Of a stretch of 64,000 nt of DNA, positions 30,345 through 40,216 are shown piece by piece. The stretch's first letter is position 1, and each line of letters begins with the position of its first letter. The DNA lies in the NCBI GenBank assembly GCA_005792285.1, contig SXSI01000047.1, positions 18,497 to 82,496 on the forward strand. Direction: 5' to 3'. The notes beneath the pieces were generated by a model. The model was not told the origin of the DNA. It made no database searches and saw only the letters and a list, made by a program, of their open reading frames with translations. Both the position numbers and the translations under genes were made by a program. The stretch is from Bacteroidota bacterium. GTDB lineage: Bacteria; Bacteroidota; Ignavibacteria; UBA10030; UBA8401.

Positions 30345-32222
30345 GTGAAAAAAAACAGAGGTAAAATATTTTTAATTATAGCAACTATCGCAATGTCGAT
30401 ATATTCGCTCTATCCAACTTATGTCTCAAATAGTTTTGATAAAGAAATTTCAAACTTAAGTGGAAATGATAGTCTTAAATATGTCGAGGAAAATGAAGAA
30501 GCTATAAGGGAAGCCAAAAACAGCCGTCTTAAAATTGGTTTGGATCTTCAAGGTGGAATGCGAGTTGTACTTGAAGTTGAAATCTCTAAACTAATTGAGG
30601 ATATGGCAAAAAATAAAGATGATCAATTTTATAGTATTCTAAATGAAGTTAAAGAAGAATCCAAAACTTCAGAATTATCAATAATTGATTTGTTTACTCA
30701 AAATTTTCAAAAAAATAATCTTAGACTTTCAAGATATTACGGAAGCTTACGGGATGAGAATGATGTAATTGTTGATAAACTTAATTCTGAATCTGAGAAA
30801 GCTATCGATCGTGCAATTGAAATTATTCGTAATAGAGTTGACCAATATGGTGTTTCAGAACCATCAATTCAAAAACAGGGTTCGCGAAGAATTATTGTTG
30901 AACTTCCTGGAGTTTCAAAAGAAAATGAAGTTCGTCAACTTCTTCAAGGAACTGCGCTACTTGAATTTAAATTAATGAAGGATCCTGAAATAGTTTATAA
31001 AACTATGCAAGTCATCGACACTTATCTTGCAAAAAATAATAACGGGATTTCAGATTCAACAATTACTAAAAGTGGAAAAGAAAAAACTTCAAATACTTTA
31101 GAATCATTAACTTCAAATGATACATCAACAGCAAGTTTAGCTGATAAATCACCAGAACAAATTCGAAAAGAACATCCATTTCTTTATTTAGTTCGACCAA
31201 ATCAAGAAGGAACTGGCGATTCATATGTTTCTGAAAATGATAAAGAAAAAGTTGATCGGATTTTATCGCAAGAAGCAATTCAGCAATTAATTCCTTCAGA
31301 TATGGCTTTTTACTGGACTTCAAAACAAATGTTTATTAGTGAAGGAATAAAATATTTCGGTCTTCTTGGCTTAAAAAAGAATGCAGAATTAACCGGTGCT
31401 GTAGTTGAAGATGCAAAAGCTACAATTGATCCAGATTTTAATCAACCGATTGTAACAATGGAAATGAATAGCGAAGGTTCGCGCGAATGGGCAAGAATTA
31501 CAGGTGCAAATCTTAAAAAGAGAATGGCGATTGTTTTGGATAACGCTGTATTTTCGGCTCCAGTTATTCAATCAAAAATTACTGGTGGTCGTTCACAAAT
31601 TGAAGGAATGGAAAATATTGATGAAGCTCGACTGCTTGAAATTATTTTAAAAGCTGGTGCATTACCAGCTCCAGTAGAAATTATTGAACAACGAAGTGTC
31701 GGACCAACACTCGGTGAAGATTCTATAAAAGCAGGTATAAATTCATTTATTTTAGCTTTGATTGTTGTAATCCTATTTATGATAATGTACTATCGCACTG
31801 GTGGATTTGTTGCAAATATTTCTCTTCTTATAAATACTTTATTTATTTTTGCAGTCCTTACTGCTTTTAAAGGAACACTTACTCTTCCTGGAATTGCTGG
31901 AATAGTTTTGAGTATTGGAATGGCAGTTGATGCGAACGTACTTATTTATGAAAGAATTAGAGAAGAATTAGCTTCTGGAAAATCTTTACGTGTTGCAATT
32001 GAAACTGGTTATGCAAAAGCTTTTTCTGCAATTTTCGATTCTAACATTACAACATTTTTCTCAGGTTTGATTTTATATCAATTTGGAACAGGACCAATTC
32101 AAGGTTTCGCATTAACATTAATAATGGGCGTCTCAGCAAATCTGTTTACAGCAATTACAATCACAAAAGTTACATTCCAAACGTTACTTGATCGTGGAAC
32201 TTCGAAAATTAATTTTGGTTAA
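30345..32222 (+). CDS. secD: Protein translocase subunit SecD (GTG start).
   Basis: N-terminal TM, a large periplasmic domain and a C-terminal 6-TM RND-like domain. It sits immediately upstream of secF. Confidence 0.9.
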   Translation: MKKNRGKIFLIIATIAMSIYSLYPTYVSNSFDKEISNLSGNDSLKYVEENEEAIREAKNSRLKIGLDLQGGMRVVLEVEISKLIEDMAKNKDDQFYSILNEVKEESKTSELSIIDLFTQNFQKNNLRLSRYYGSLRDENDVIVDKLNSESEKAIDRAIEIIRNRVDQYGVSEPSIQKQGSRRIIVELPGVSKENEVRQLLQGTALLEFKLMKDPEIVYKTMQVIDTYLAKNNNGISDSTITKSGKEKTSNTLESLTSNDTSTASLADKSPEQIRKEHPFLYLVRPNQEGTGDSYVSENDKEKVDRILSQEAIQQLIPSDMAFYWTSKQMFISEGIKYFGLLGLKKNAELTGAVVEDAKATIDPDFNQPIVTMEMNSEGSREWARITGANLKKRMAIVLDNAVFSAPVIQSKITGGRSQIEGMENIDEARLLEIILKAGALPAPVEIIEQRSVGPTLGEDSIKAGINSFILALIVVILFMIMYYRTGGFVANISLLINTLFIFAVLTAFKGTLTLPGIAGIVLSIGMAVDANVLIYERIREELASGKSLRVAIETGYAKAFSAIFDSNITTFFSGLILYQFGTGPIQGFALTLIMGVSANLFTAITITKVTFQTLLDRGTSKINFG

Positions 32223-32239
32223 TCGGAGAATTTATTAAA

Positions 32240-33151
32240 ATGAAATTTTTTAAAAAAACAAATATCGACTTCATGGGGAAACGAAAAATATGGTACAGTA
32301 TTTCGGGAATTATCTTATTTATCGGACTACTTGCTATTATTTTTAAAGGACCCACTTTAGGAATTGATTTCACAGGTGGTACTGAATTAGTTTTACGTTT
32401 TGATGAGGCTCCGCAAATAAATGAATTAAGAAATGTAATGTCTGAAATTGGATTTCCACGCTCTGAAATTAAAACTTTCGGAACTAAAAATGACATCTTA
32501 ATTCGAACTTCCGAAACAGGCGTTGGTGGAACTGTTGCAGAATCAATTAGAAATGGTCTCACACAAAAATTTCCCGATAAAGCTTTTAAAGTTTTAAAGG
32601 AAGATAAAGTCGGACCTCGAATTGGATCAGAACTCAAACGAGATGCTATTTATGCTGTAATTCTAACAATGCTCGGAATTATGGTTTATGTCGGCTTCAG
32701 GTTTAAATTTATTTACGGAGTTGCTGGAGTTATCGCACTCCTTCATGACGTTTTGGCTACATTTGGTATAATTGTAATTCTCGATGGATTGGGACCATAT
32801 TTTAATTTTGAACTTTCACAAAATTTAATGGCTGCATTTTTAACTTTAATTGGATTTTCAATTAATGACACAGTTGTTATCTTTGATAGAATTCGTGAAA
32901 ATGAAAAAATTCATCGTTCTGAATCATTACCTACTTTGATAAATCGGTCTGTAAACGAAACACTTAGCAGAACAATTATTACAAGTGGAACAGTATTTTT
33001 AGTACTTATTGTTTTAGTAATATTTGGTGGTGAAGTGAATCGTGGATTTGCATTAACATTTTTTATTGGAACAATTTTTGGATCTTATTCAACTATTTAT
33101 GTTGCAAGTTCAATTGTCCTTGATTGGTCATTAAAATCTGCCAAAAAATAA
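32240..33151 (+). CDS. secF: Protein translocase subunit SecF.
   Basis: The 303-aa SecF pattern (GIDFTGG...). The gene follows secD after a 17-nt gap. Confidence 0.9.
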   Translation: MKFFKKTNIDFMGKRKIWYSISGIILFIGLLAIIFKGPTLGIDFTGGTELVLRFDEAPQINELRNVMSEIGFPRSEIKTFGTKNDILIRTSETGVGGTVAESIRNGLTQKFPDKAFKVLKEDKVGPRIGSELKRDAIYAVILTMLGIMVYVGFRFKFIYGVAGVIALLHDVLATFGIIVILDGLGPYFNFELSQNLMAAFLTLIGFSINDTVVIFDRIRENEKIHRSESLPTLINRSVNETLSRTIITSGTVFLVLIVLVIFGGEVNRGFALTFFIGTIFGSYSTIYVASSIVLDWSLKSAKK

Positions 33152-33182
33152 AATAATTATTTTACAAATAATTTAGTAACAT

Positions 33183-33213
33183 AACTGCCAACTAATAATT
33201 GGCAGTTTTTTTT
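33183..33213 (+). terminator. Rho-independent terminator after secF. The stem is AACTGCCAA/TTGGCAGTT, the loop is 7 nt, and a T8 tract follows.
   Basis: Perfect 9-bp stem followed by TTTTTTTT, 32 nt after the secF stop. Confidence 0.7.
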
Positions 33214-33249
33214 GTTTGAAACTAATTAAGTGGAATTTAAATCTGAAGC

Positions 33250-35457
33250 TTAGAGTGAACCTTCAATGCTAAATACAAACTGTCTCATTGGTGCCACATT
33301 TGCAATCAATTCAACATAGACGTAATTAAAAATATTTAGTACTTGAAAGTTTAATCTTAAAGGAAGATTGTAATCTGTTAAATCGTAACTCGATCTAAAG
33401 TCAGTAATAAAAGAAGGAACTCTAATATCAGAATTTACAACGATAAGCTCTAAAGCTTTATCAATTTTTTCGATTTTACTTACGAACCTTGAATCAAATC
33501 CAAAAGTAAATTTATCCATTGTTGTAAAAATATTTGTACTCGCAACATATCTTGGACGGAATGAAAGTACAGTTTTATCTTTTGTATTGTAAGGCCATGA
33601 ATAAGTTAAATTAAAATCCCATTTAACCATATTGTCAAACCAAGTTGTACTTGTATTCCATTCAGCTCCTTGAATTAATGCCTCTGTAACATTCATGAAT
33701 TTAGCTTCCAATCCTGAGCCATCATCTTTTGCATATGCAATTGCTTCAATTAAATTATCAATTTTGTTACTGAAGACCGAGAAATCAGTTGTGATATTGT
33801 CACTAATTTGTTGAATTACTCCAACTTCGAATGATTGACTTTCTTCCGGTAAAAGCGTTGGATTTGAAACTACAAAAACGCCAGCTAAATTTATTGTAGT
33901 GAATAATTCTGCTGTCGATGGAGAACGATATCCTTTTCCCCAAGAACTTCTTAATGAAGTGTTTTCAGACATTATATAATTAACTGCAACTTTTGGATTA
34001 AAATTATAGTTGGATTTTTTAAGACCATCAACTTTTTGATAATCGTATCTTCCACCAACTGTAAAATTTAAATTTTCTAAATATGCGTACTCAGCTTGTA
34101 AATAACTCGCAAATCCCATACTTCCAGGCTTTGAACCAGTCGTTGGCAAGCGAAACAAATTTGCATTTACTTGATCTTTTTTTGCTACAACTCCAAATGT
34201 TGTATAAATCTCATCATTGACTTTATAGTTACCTTGAATTTCAGCATTAAAAACTCTTGATTGCGAATTATTCATTCCGGTACCAATACTATCCCATGCT
34301 CGCCAGAAACTATAAAAATAAACTGCTTTTATATCGTAAGAAAAATCTTCAGTTAATTTGTCACTCCATTTTAAAGATGTATTTAGTCTATCTGTTCGAT
34401 AAGTAACCCCTTTTTGATCATCTGCAACTGTTAAAGCGTTATCAAGATTTTTCCACCAAACAAAGTCTGCTCTGTATTGATACAAAAAGTTTGTAATAAA
34501 AGTTAACGATCTTGTTTCGCCAAATGGAACATCAACCTTAGTGTAAGTCATTGCTCTTCTTGACCAGTTATATTCTCTAAAACCATCGTCATGATAACGT
34601 GTTCCGGCAAAAGTAAATCCAATATCTCCAAATCTATGAGACATACTCAAATATTGTGCATTCATATACAATGGTTTGTCATGCCACTTCCATTTACTAA
34701 ATGCTTTAGGTGGATTGTCGTACAATTTTCCCAACATTCTAAATCTTACTTCAGTATTTAATGGAATTGGTCTTGTCAAAATATTAATTACGCCACCTAA
34801 TGCGCTTGAACCATAAAGTGCGGAACCGGCACCTTTTACAATCTCAACTCTATCAGTATTTAACATTGGAATAGATTCAAAAATTATTTCGCCAGTATCA
34901 CCAGTTAATAATGGCATTCCGTCGAGTAAAAACATAACTCTACTTCCGACACCGCGACTATATCCTGAAGATCCACGAATACTTACCGAACTTTCAATAA
35001 TATTTACTCCGGGAACAAATCTGAGTGCTTCGTCAAAACTTGCATTACTTCTCATTTCGACAGTTTGATTATCGATAATGCTCATACTAACTGGGACTTC
35101 AGCAAGAGATTGTTCTCTTTTATTTGCAGTAACAACTACTAAATTAGTTTGAATTTCTGAATGACTTAATTTTACATTTACAACTTTGGTTTCATTTTCA
35201 GTAATTTCGATATTCACAGTTTTCTTAGAATAACCTACCATCGAAACCGAAAGTTTATGTGAGCCCAAAGCCAATTTTAATTCATATACACCATCTACAT
35301 CAGTTGCTGCTCCTTGAGTTGTTCCTACAATTATAACAGTAGCACCAACTAAAGGTAAATTATCGTCAGAACCAGTAACTATTCCTTTTACACTTCCCTC
35401 TTGTGAAAAAGAAAAACTAAACAAAATCAATAATATTGAAATTAATTTATTAATCAT
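33250..35457 (-). CDS. TonB-dependent receptor with an N-terminal carboxypeptidase-regulatory-like domain.
   Basis: Signal peptide, CarbopepD_reg motif (KGIVTGSDDNLPLVGATVIIVGTTQGAATDVDGVYEL), a plug domain and a beta-barrel. Confidence 0.85.
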   Translation of the reverse strand: MINKLISILLILFSFSFSQEGSVKGIVTGSDDNLPLVGATVIIVGTTQGAATDVDGVYELKLALGSHKLSVSMVGYSKKTVNIEITENETKVVNVKLSHSEIQTNLVVVTANKREQSLAEVPVSMSIIDNQTVEMRSNASFDEALRFVPGVNIIESSVSIRGSSGYSRGVGSRVMFLLDGMPLLTGDTGEIIFESIPMLNTDRVEIVKGAGSALYGSSALGGVINILTRPIPLNTEVRFRMLGKLYDNPPKAFSKWKWHDKPLYMNAQYLSMSHRFGDIGFTFAGTRYHDDGFREYNWSRRAMTYTKVDVPFGETRSLTFITNFLYQYRADFVWWKNLDNALTVADDQKGVTYRTDRLNTSLKWSDKLTEDFSYDIKAVYFYSFWRAWDSIGTGMNNSQSRVFNAEIQGNYKVNDEIYTTFGVVAKKDQVNANLFRLPTTGSKPGSMGFASYLQAEYAYLENLNFTVGGRYDYQKVDGLKKSNYNFNPKVAVNYIMSENTSLRSSWGKGYRSPSTAELFTTINLAGVFVVSNPTLLPEESQSFEVGVIQQISDNITTDFSVFSNKIDNLIEAIAYAKDDGSGLEAKFMNVTEALIQGAEWNTSTTWFDNMVKWDFNLTYSWPYNTKDKTVLSFRPRYVASTNIFTTMDKFTFGFDSRFVSKIEKIDKALELIVVNSDIRVPSFITDFRSSYDLTDYNLPLRLNFQVLNIFNYVYVELIANVAPMRQFVFSIEGSL

Positions 35458-35969
35458 TTTTTAAAAGGTTGTGGTGGAAGATTTTTGAAATCAACTATAA
35501 GATCAACATCATAAATTTTTCCTTTTTGGGTTAAAGTTAAACTTTTTGGATTCGGAATTGTTTTTGTAGATCCGTAGACAGAAATAACTTGCCAGTCAGT
35601 TAAAAAATTTGTTCCATATTGGTGAAGTAGTGCAATGTATTTATATTCTCCCGGTGGCAAATCGAAAGTAAAATTTATTACATCTCCAGAATCTAATCCT
35701 TCTAAATTTAATGTTGATGTAACAGGAATTTTTCCAGTAAGAATTCCCTGAGTTAAGATTGAATCAAAAGTTGAGTACAATGGATAAAATGGTGAGGCGC
35801 CAATTCTCATACTTTTTAAACTATCAACCGGTGGAACTTTACTTATAAATTTAATTTTACCGACTAAAGCTGGAGTGGGATAATATTCGACTAATCCACT
35901 ATCGTCTCCACAGGAAAGAATTACTAATGAAACTACAAATGTTGCTATAACTTTTAAGTTGACTCTCAT
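35454..35969 (-). CDS. Hypothetical lipoprotein, translationally coupled to the downstream TonB receptor by a 4-nt overlap.
   Basis: Lipobox VILSCGDDSG. I recognise no domain in it. Confidence 0.5.
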   Translation of the reverse strand: MRVNLKVIATFVVSLVILSCGDDSGLVEYYPTPALVGKIKFISKVPPVDSLKSMRIGASPFYPLYSTFDSILTQGILTGKIPVTSTLNLEGLDSGDVINFTFDLPPGEYKYIALLHQYGTNFLTDWQVISVYGSTKTIPNPKSLTLTQKGKIYDVDLIVDFKNLPPQPFKK

Positions 35970-36072
35970 TAATCTAAACTACAAAAGTAGAAAGTTAAGT
36001 GCAAGTATTTTTAATAACTTAATTATTTATCAACATTATAGAATTTTCCCCTAATTTATCTTATTTTTACAC

Positions 36073-37587
36073 ATGCATTTATTAAAACAAAGTATCTTAG
36101 AACTTCTTATTGACACTTCCACAAATCTTCCACCTGATGTTAGAAATGCAATGAAAGTTGCAATGGAAAAAGAACAAAAAGGATCTCGTGCAGATTTGGC
36201 TTTGCAAACAATTGCAACAAATATCGACATGGCTTGCGAAGATGTTGGACCACTTTGTCAAGATACTGGAATGATAACTTTTTATATTCACACTCCAATA
36301 AATTGCAACCAACTTGAAATAAAAAAATATTGTATCGAATCAATTAAAGAAGCAACCAAACTTGGAAAACTTCGTCCAAATTCTGTGGATTCAATCACCG
36401 GAAAAAATAGCGGAGATAATATTGGTGAAGGAACTCCGATTTTTCATTGGGAGCAGTGGGATAAAAATGAAATTGAAATTAAATTAATTTTAAAAGGTGG
36501 TGGTTGTGAAAATAAAAATATTCAATATTCACTTCCCTGCGAACTTGAACATGTTGGAAAAGTTGGAAGAAATATTGATGGAATTAAAAAATGTATTCTT
36601 CATTCTGTTTGGCATGCTCAAGGCGAAGGTTGTGCTGTCGGCGCAATCGGTGTCTCAATTGGGGGTGATAGATCTTCTGGTTATGAACATGCAAAACAAC
36701 AATTGTTCAGAAAATTAGATGATACAAATCCAAACGCCGAACTTGCAGCTATTGAAAATTATATAATGGATAAATCAAATTCATTAGAAATTGGTGCAAT
36801 GGGTTTCGGTGGAAGAACAACTTTAATTGGTTGTAAAGTTGGTGTCCAAAATAGAATTCCTGCAAGTTATTTTGTAACTGTCGCTTACGATTGTTGGGCA
36901 TTTCGAAGACAAGGGATTTTAATTAACCCTGAAAATGGAAAAATTACAAAGTGGCTTTATAAAGACAAATTGTCAATTCAAAAAATGGCAAAGGATAGAA
37001 ATATTCCTCTCACAAGAAAAGAAATTAAATTAACTACTCCATTAAGTGAGCAAGATATTCTTAACCTTAAAGTTGGCGATGTTGTACTTCTTTCTGGAAA
37101 AGTTTTTACTGCAAGAGATGCAATTCATGCACATTTAATGGAAAATGATTGCCCGGTTGATTTAAAAAACCAAATAATTTATCACTGCGGACCGGTTGTT
37201 ATGAAAGATGGTGATAATTATAAAATTACTGCCGCCGGACCAACAACAAGTTTTCGTGAAGAACCATATCAATCTGAAATTATAAAAAAATTCGGAATTC
37301 GTGCAGTTATCGGAAAAGGTGGAATGGGAGATCAAACTCTTGCTGCTTTAAAAGAGCACAAAGCTGTCTACATGAATGCAATTGGTGGAGCTGCACAATA
37401 TTATTCTAAATGTATAATAAAAATCGATGGAGTTAATTTTCTAGAATTTGGAACTCCGGAAGCTATGTGGCATCTTGTTATAAAGGATTTCCCTGCTGTT
37501 GTTACAATGGATTCGCACGGAAATAGTTTGCACAAAGAAATTAAAACTGAAACTGGAAATAAATTAGAATCTATCATTAAAACTTAA
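36073..37587 (+). CDS. fumA: Class I (Fe-S dependent) fumarate hydratase with fused alpha and beta domains.
   Basis: The N-terminal catalytic domain carries a Cys cluster (CQDTG...). The C-terminal domain reads GPTTSFREE...GKGGMGDQT. Confidence 0.85.
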   Translation: MHLLKQSILELLIDTSTNLPPDVRNAMKVAMEKEQKGSRADLALQTIATNIDMACEDVGPLCQDTGMITFYIHTPINCNQLEIKKYCIESIKEATKLGKLRPNSVDSITGKNSGDNIGEGTPIFHWEQWDKNEIEIKLILKGGGCENKNIQYSLPCELEHVGKVGRNIDGIKKCILHSVWHAQGEGCAVGAIGVSIGGDRSSGYEHAKQQLFRKLDDTNPNAELAAIENYIMDKSNSLEIGAMGFGGRTTLIGCKVGVQNRIPASYFVTVAYDCWAFRRQGILINPENGKITKWLYKDKLSIQKMAKDRNIPLTRKEIKLTTPLSEQDILNLKVGDVVLLSGKVFTARDAIHAHLMENDCPVDLKNQIIYHCGPVVMKDGDNYKITAAGPTTSFREEPYQSEIIKKFGIRAVIGKGGMGDQTLAALKEHKAVYMNAIGGAAQYYSKCIIKIDGVNFLEFGTPEAMWHLVIKDFPAVVTMDSHGNSLHKEIKTETGNKLESIIKT

Positions 37588-37607
37588 AAAATAAACTAAC
37601 CAAATTT

Positions 37608-38897
37608 ATGAACAAACAAACTCTCACAATTACAGATAATAGAACAGGCAAAAACTACGAAGTCCCAATTGAGAATGAAACTGTAAATGCAAAAGACTTA
37701 AGAAATATTAAAGTAAACGATGCTGATTTTGGATTGATGACTTACGATCCAGCTTTTATGAATACTTCTATTTGCAAAAGCACAATCACATATATAGATG
37801 GTGACAATGGAATTTTAGAGCATTGCGGATATCCAATTGAACAGTTAGCCGAACAGTCAACCTTTCTCGAAGTTGCATATTTAATTCTTCACAGAGAACT
37901 TCCAAATAGAAAGCAACTTAAAAAATGGACAGACGATATTACACTTCACACATTTGTTCATGAAAACGTAAAAAAATTAATGGAAGGTTTCCGTTACGAC
38001 GCTCATCCGATGGGAATGTTTGTAAGTACGCTCGCTGCACTTTCAACATTTTATCCAGAAGCAAAATTAATTTTTGATGACGAACTTCGCAGAAAACAAA
38101 TTCTTCGTTTAATTGGAAAAGTTCCAACTGTTGCAGCATTCGCATATCGCCACACAAAAGGAATGCCATATGTTTATCCAGATAACGATCTTTCTTTTGT
38201 CGGAAATTATTTAAGTATGATGTTCAAAATTGCAGAGTTACGATATAAACCACATCCTGTTTTAGAAAAAGCGCTCGATGTTTTATTTATTCTTCACATT
38301 GATCATGAACAAAATTGTAGTACAACTGCAATGCGTGTTGTTGGAAGTTCTCATTCAGATCCATATTCTGCAACGGCTGCAGCTGCTGCAGCGTTATATG
38401 GTCCACTTCATGGTGGTGCAAACGAAGCAGTTCTTTCTATGTTAGATGAAATTGGCTCAGTTCAAAATGTTCCAAATTTTATTAAAAAAGTAAAAGAGGA
38501 TAAAGGAAAGTTAATGGGATTTGGTCATCGCGTTTATAAAAATTACGATCCTCGTGCACGAATAATTAAAAAATTAGCTGATCAGGTTTTTGATATTACT
38601 GGCCGAAATCCAAAATTAGATATTGCGTTAGAATTAGAACGCGTTGCACTTCAAGATGAATATTTCATAAAACGAAAATTATATCCAAACGTTGACTTCT
38701 ATTCCGGATTAATTTATAAAGCAATGGGATTCCCAACAGACTTCTTCCCTGTACTTTTTGCAATTCCAAGAACTGCCGGTTGGATAGCACATTGGCAAGA
38801 AATGATTTTGGATTCTGAACAAAAAATTACAAGACCTCGACAAATCTATTTAGGAAGTAAACGCCGAGAATATATTACAATTAGTCGACGAGGATAA
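37608..38897 (+). CDS. gltA: Citrate synthase.
   Basis: Motifs GYPIEQLAEQSTFLEVAYLIL, GFGHRVYKNYDPRA and HGGANE. Confidence 0.9.
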   Translation: MNKQTLTITDNRTGKNYEVPIENETVNAKDLRNIKVNDADFGLMTYDPAFMNTSICKSTITYIDGDNGILEHCGYPIEQLAEQSTFLEVAYLILHRELPNRKQLKKWTDDITLHTFVHENVKKLMEGFRYDAHPMGMFVSTLAALSTFYPEAKLIFDDELRRKQILRLIGKVPTVAAFAYRHTKGMPYVYPDNDLSFVGNYLSMMFKIAELRYKPHPVLEKALDVLFILHIDHEQNCSTTAMRVVGSSHSDPYSATAAAAAALYGPLHGGANEAVLSMLDEIGSVQNVPNFIKKVKEDKGKLMGFGHRVYKNYDPRARIIKKLADQVFDITGRNPKLDIALELERVALQDEYFIKRKLYPNVDFYSGLIYKAMGFPTDFFPVLFAIPRTAGWIAHWQEMILDSEQKITRPRQIYLGSKRREYITISRRG

Positions 38898-38901
38898 TTT
38901 A

Positions 38902-39696
38902 CTGAACACGCTCGAAAATATTAACGGTACTTCAATTTCATATATTGAAGATGGTGATCTTGAGAAAGAGCCAATTATTTTTATTCATGCATTCCCTACT
39001 TCGCATGAGATGTGGTTTCCCCAAATAGATTATTTTTCAAATAATTATAGAGTTATTGCATTAGATTTAAGAGGGTTTGGAAAAAGTCCAAAAACTGAAC
39101 AGCATCTTAGCATCGATCTATTTGTTGGTGATTTACTTGCACTAATTGAGAATTTAAAAATTGATAAAGTTACTTTAGTTGGTCTTTCGATGGGTGGTTA
39201 TGTTGCTCAAAGATTTTACCAATTTTATCCTGAACTTGTAAAACGACTTATTCTTTGTAATACTCGTTCTCAACAAGATTCTTCAGAAGGTAAAAAACTC
39301 CGATTTGAAATTATTGAATTTATAAAAAATGGAAATTATAATTCTTTCGTTGAAAACTTTATAAAGAAATCAGTTGCACAGAATAATTTGGAAAGGATTT
39401 ATCCAGTTATTTTGGAAATTATTCAAAAAAATAAAGAGGAAAATGTTTGCGACGCTTTACTTTGTCTTGCGAATCGTCCAGATACAACCGAAGTGCTTCC
39501 TACAATAAATATTCCAACTTTGGTAATTGCGGGACAAAACGATGAATTGATTTCTGTAGATATTTTAAGAGAAATGAGCAACTCAATTAAAAACTCTGAA
39601 TTCGTAATATTTAAAAACGTTGGCCATTTTTCTAATTTGGAAAACAGTAAACTTTTCAACGATACGATTGAAAGATTTTTACATAAAACAATTTGA
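38902..39696 (+). CDS. Alpha/beta hydrolase. The start is uncertain. The first in-frame ATG is at 39010 and would truncate the conserved N-terminus, and the frame is open back to a TAG at 38851-38853. I propose CTG at 38902 as the start.
   Basis: The upstream in-frame translation LNTLENINGTSISYIEDGDLEKEPIIFIHAFPTSHEMW... contains the canonical first beta-strands and the HG-like oxyanion motif. The nucleophile elbow is GLSMGG. No ATG, GTG or TTG lies between 38854 and 39010. Confidence 0.65.
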   Translation: MNTLENINGTSISYIEDGDLEKEPIIFIHAFPTSHEMWFPQIDYFSNNYRVIALDLRGFGKSPKTEQHLSIDLFVGDLLALIENLKIDKVTLVGLSMGGYVAQRFYQFYPELVKRLILCNTRSQQDSSEGKKLRFEIIEFIKNGNYNSFVENFIKKSVAQNNLERIYPVILEIIQKNKEENVCDALLCLANRPDTTEVLPTINIPTLVIAGQNDELISVDILREMSNSIKNSEFVIFKNVGHFSNLENSKLFNDTIERFLHKTI

Positions 39697-39717
39697 AGTA
39701 TAACTGAGTTTTAATAA

Positions 39718-40074
39718 TTAATATTTTTTATAGACAGCATATTTCTTCTTCACCATTTCGTCATTCAGATTTACCAATTCCCCCTCTTTTTCGATAAACA
39801 CTTCGGCTAAATATCTCCCATATTTTTCTTTTCTATCTTTTATTGATCTAAAATAAATTGTTTTATTTAAAATTAGTTTGCGAAGATAGTTTCTTGATTT
39901 AATTCCCTTTGGTTTCTCTTTTCCGGTAACTTCTGGCGCATTAATTCTATGCAACCTTATTTTTTCACCTTTAATCCAAGTTGATAATCCTAAATCTATA
40001 TCAATTGTAAAAGTGTCACCATCGTAAACTTTTGTGACAAGACCTTTGTAGAAATAAAGAAAATCTTTTATCAT
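39718..40074 (-). CDS. Small cytoplasmic staphylococcal-nuclease (SNase/thermonuclease)-like protein of 118 aa, with no signal peptide.
   Basis: YDGDTFTI and RLHRINAPE correspond to SNase DGDT and RLLLVDTPE. The calcium-site Asp-Thr pair is replaced by Asn-Ala. YGRYLAEVF matches the YGRGLAY region. Confidence 0.7.
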   Translation of the reverse strand: MIKDFLYFYKGLVTKVYDGDTFTIDIDLGLSTWIKGEKIRLHRINAPEVTGKEKPKGIKSRNYLRKLILNKTIYFRSIKDRKEKYGRYLAEVFIEKEGELVNLNDEMVKKKYAVYKKY

Positions 40075-40107
40075 TTTTTAAATCATCATAACTAATTTCT
40101 TAATTGA

Positions 40108-40208
40108 TCTCTTCGATACATTCTCTAAAGCCAATTACTCAGAGAACGGAAATAATTCTGTTTTGTGAATCGCTCTCTGGGTAGTGGCAAAGCCACATAT
40201 TGAAGAGA
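40108..40208. other. Extended imperfect inverted repeat, a possible structured RNA element, in the 142-nt spacer between the S8 protease gene and the SNase-like gene.
   Basis: The outer 11-bp arms are TCTCTTCGATA/TATTGAAGAGA with one G-T wobble. The inner arms are CAGAGA/TCTCTG. A GTGGC-aaa-GCCAC mini-hairpin sits inside. I could not assign an RNA family. Confidence 0.2.
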
Positions 40209-40216
40209 GCAGTTCG

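Noticed and set aside
39010-39696. ATG at 39010 as the start of the alpha/beta hydrolase.
   Set aside because: It would remove conserved N-terminal strands that are clearly encoded in-frame upstream. See the finding on non-canonical start.
40108-40208. Possible tRNA, SRP RNA or riboswitch in the protease/SNase spacer.
   Set aside because: There is no tRNA T-loop (GTTCGAATC-like) or acceptor structure, no SRP domain-IV motifs, and no recognisable riboswitch core. It is kept only as an unclassified structured region.
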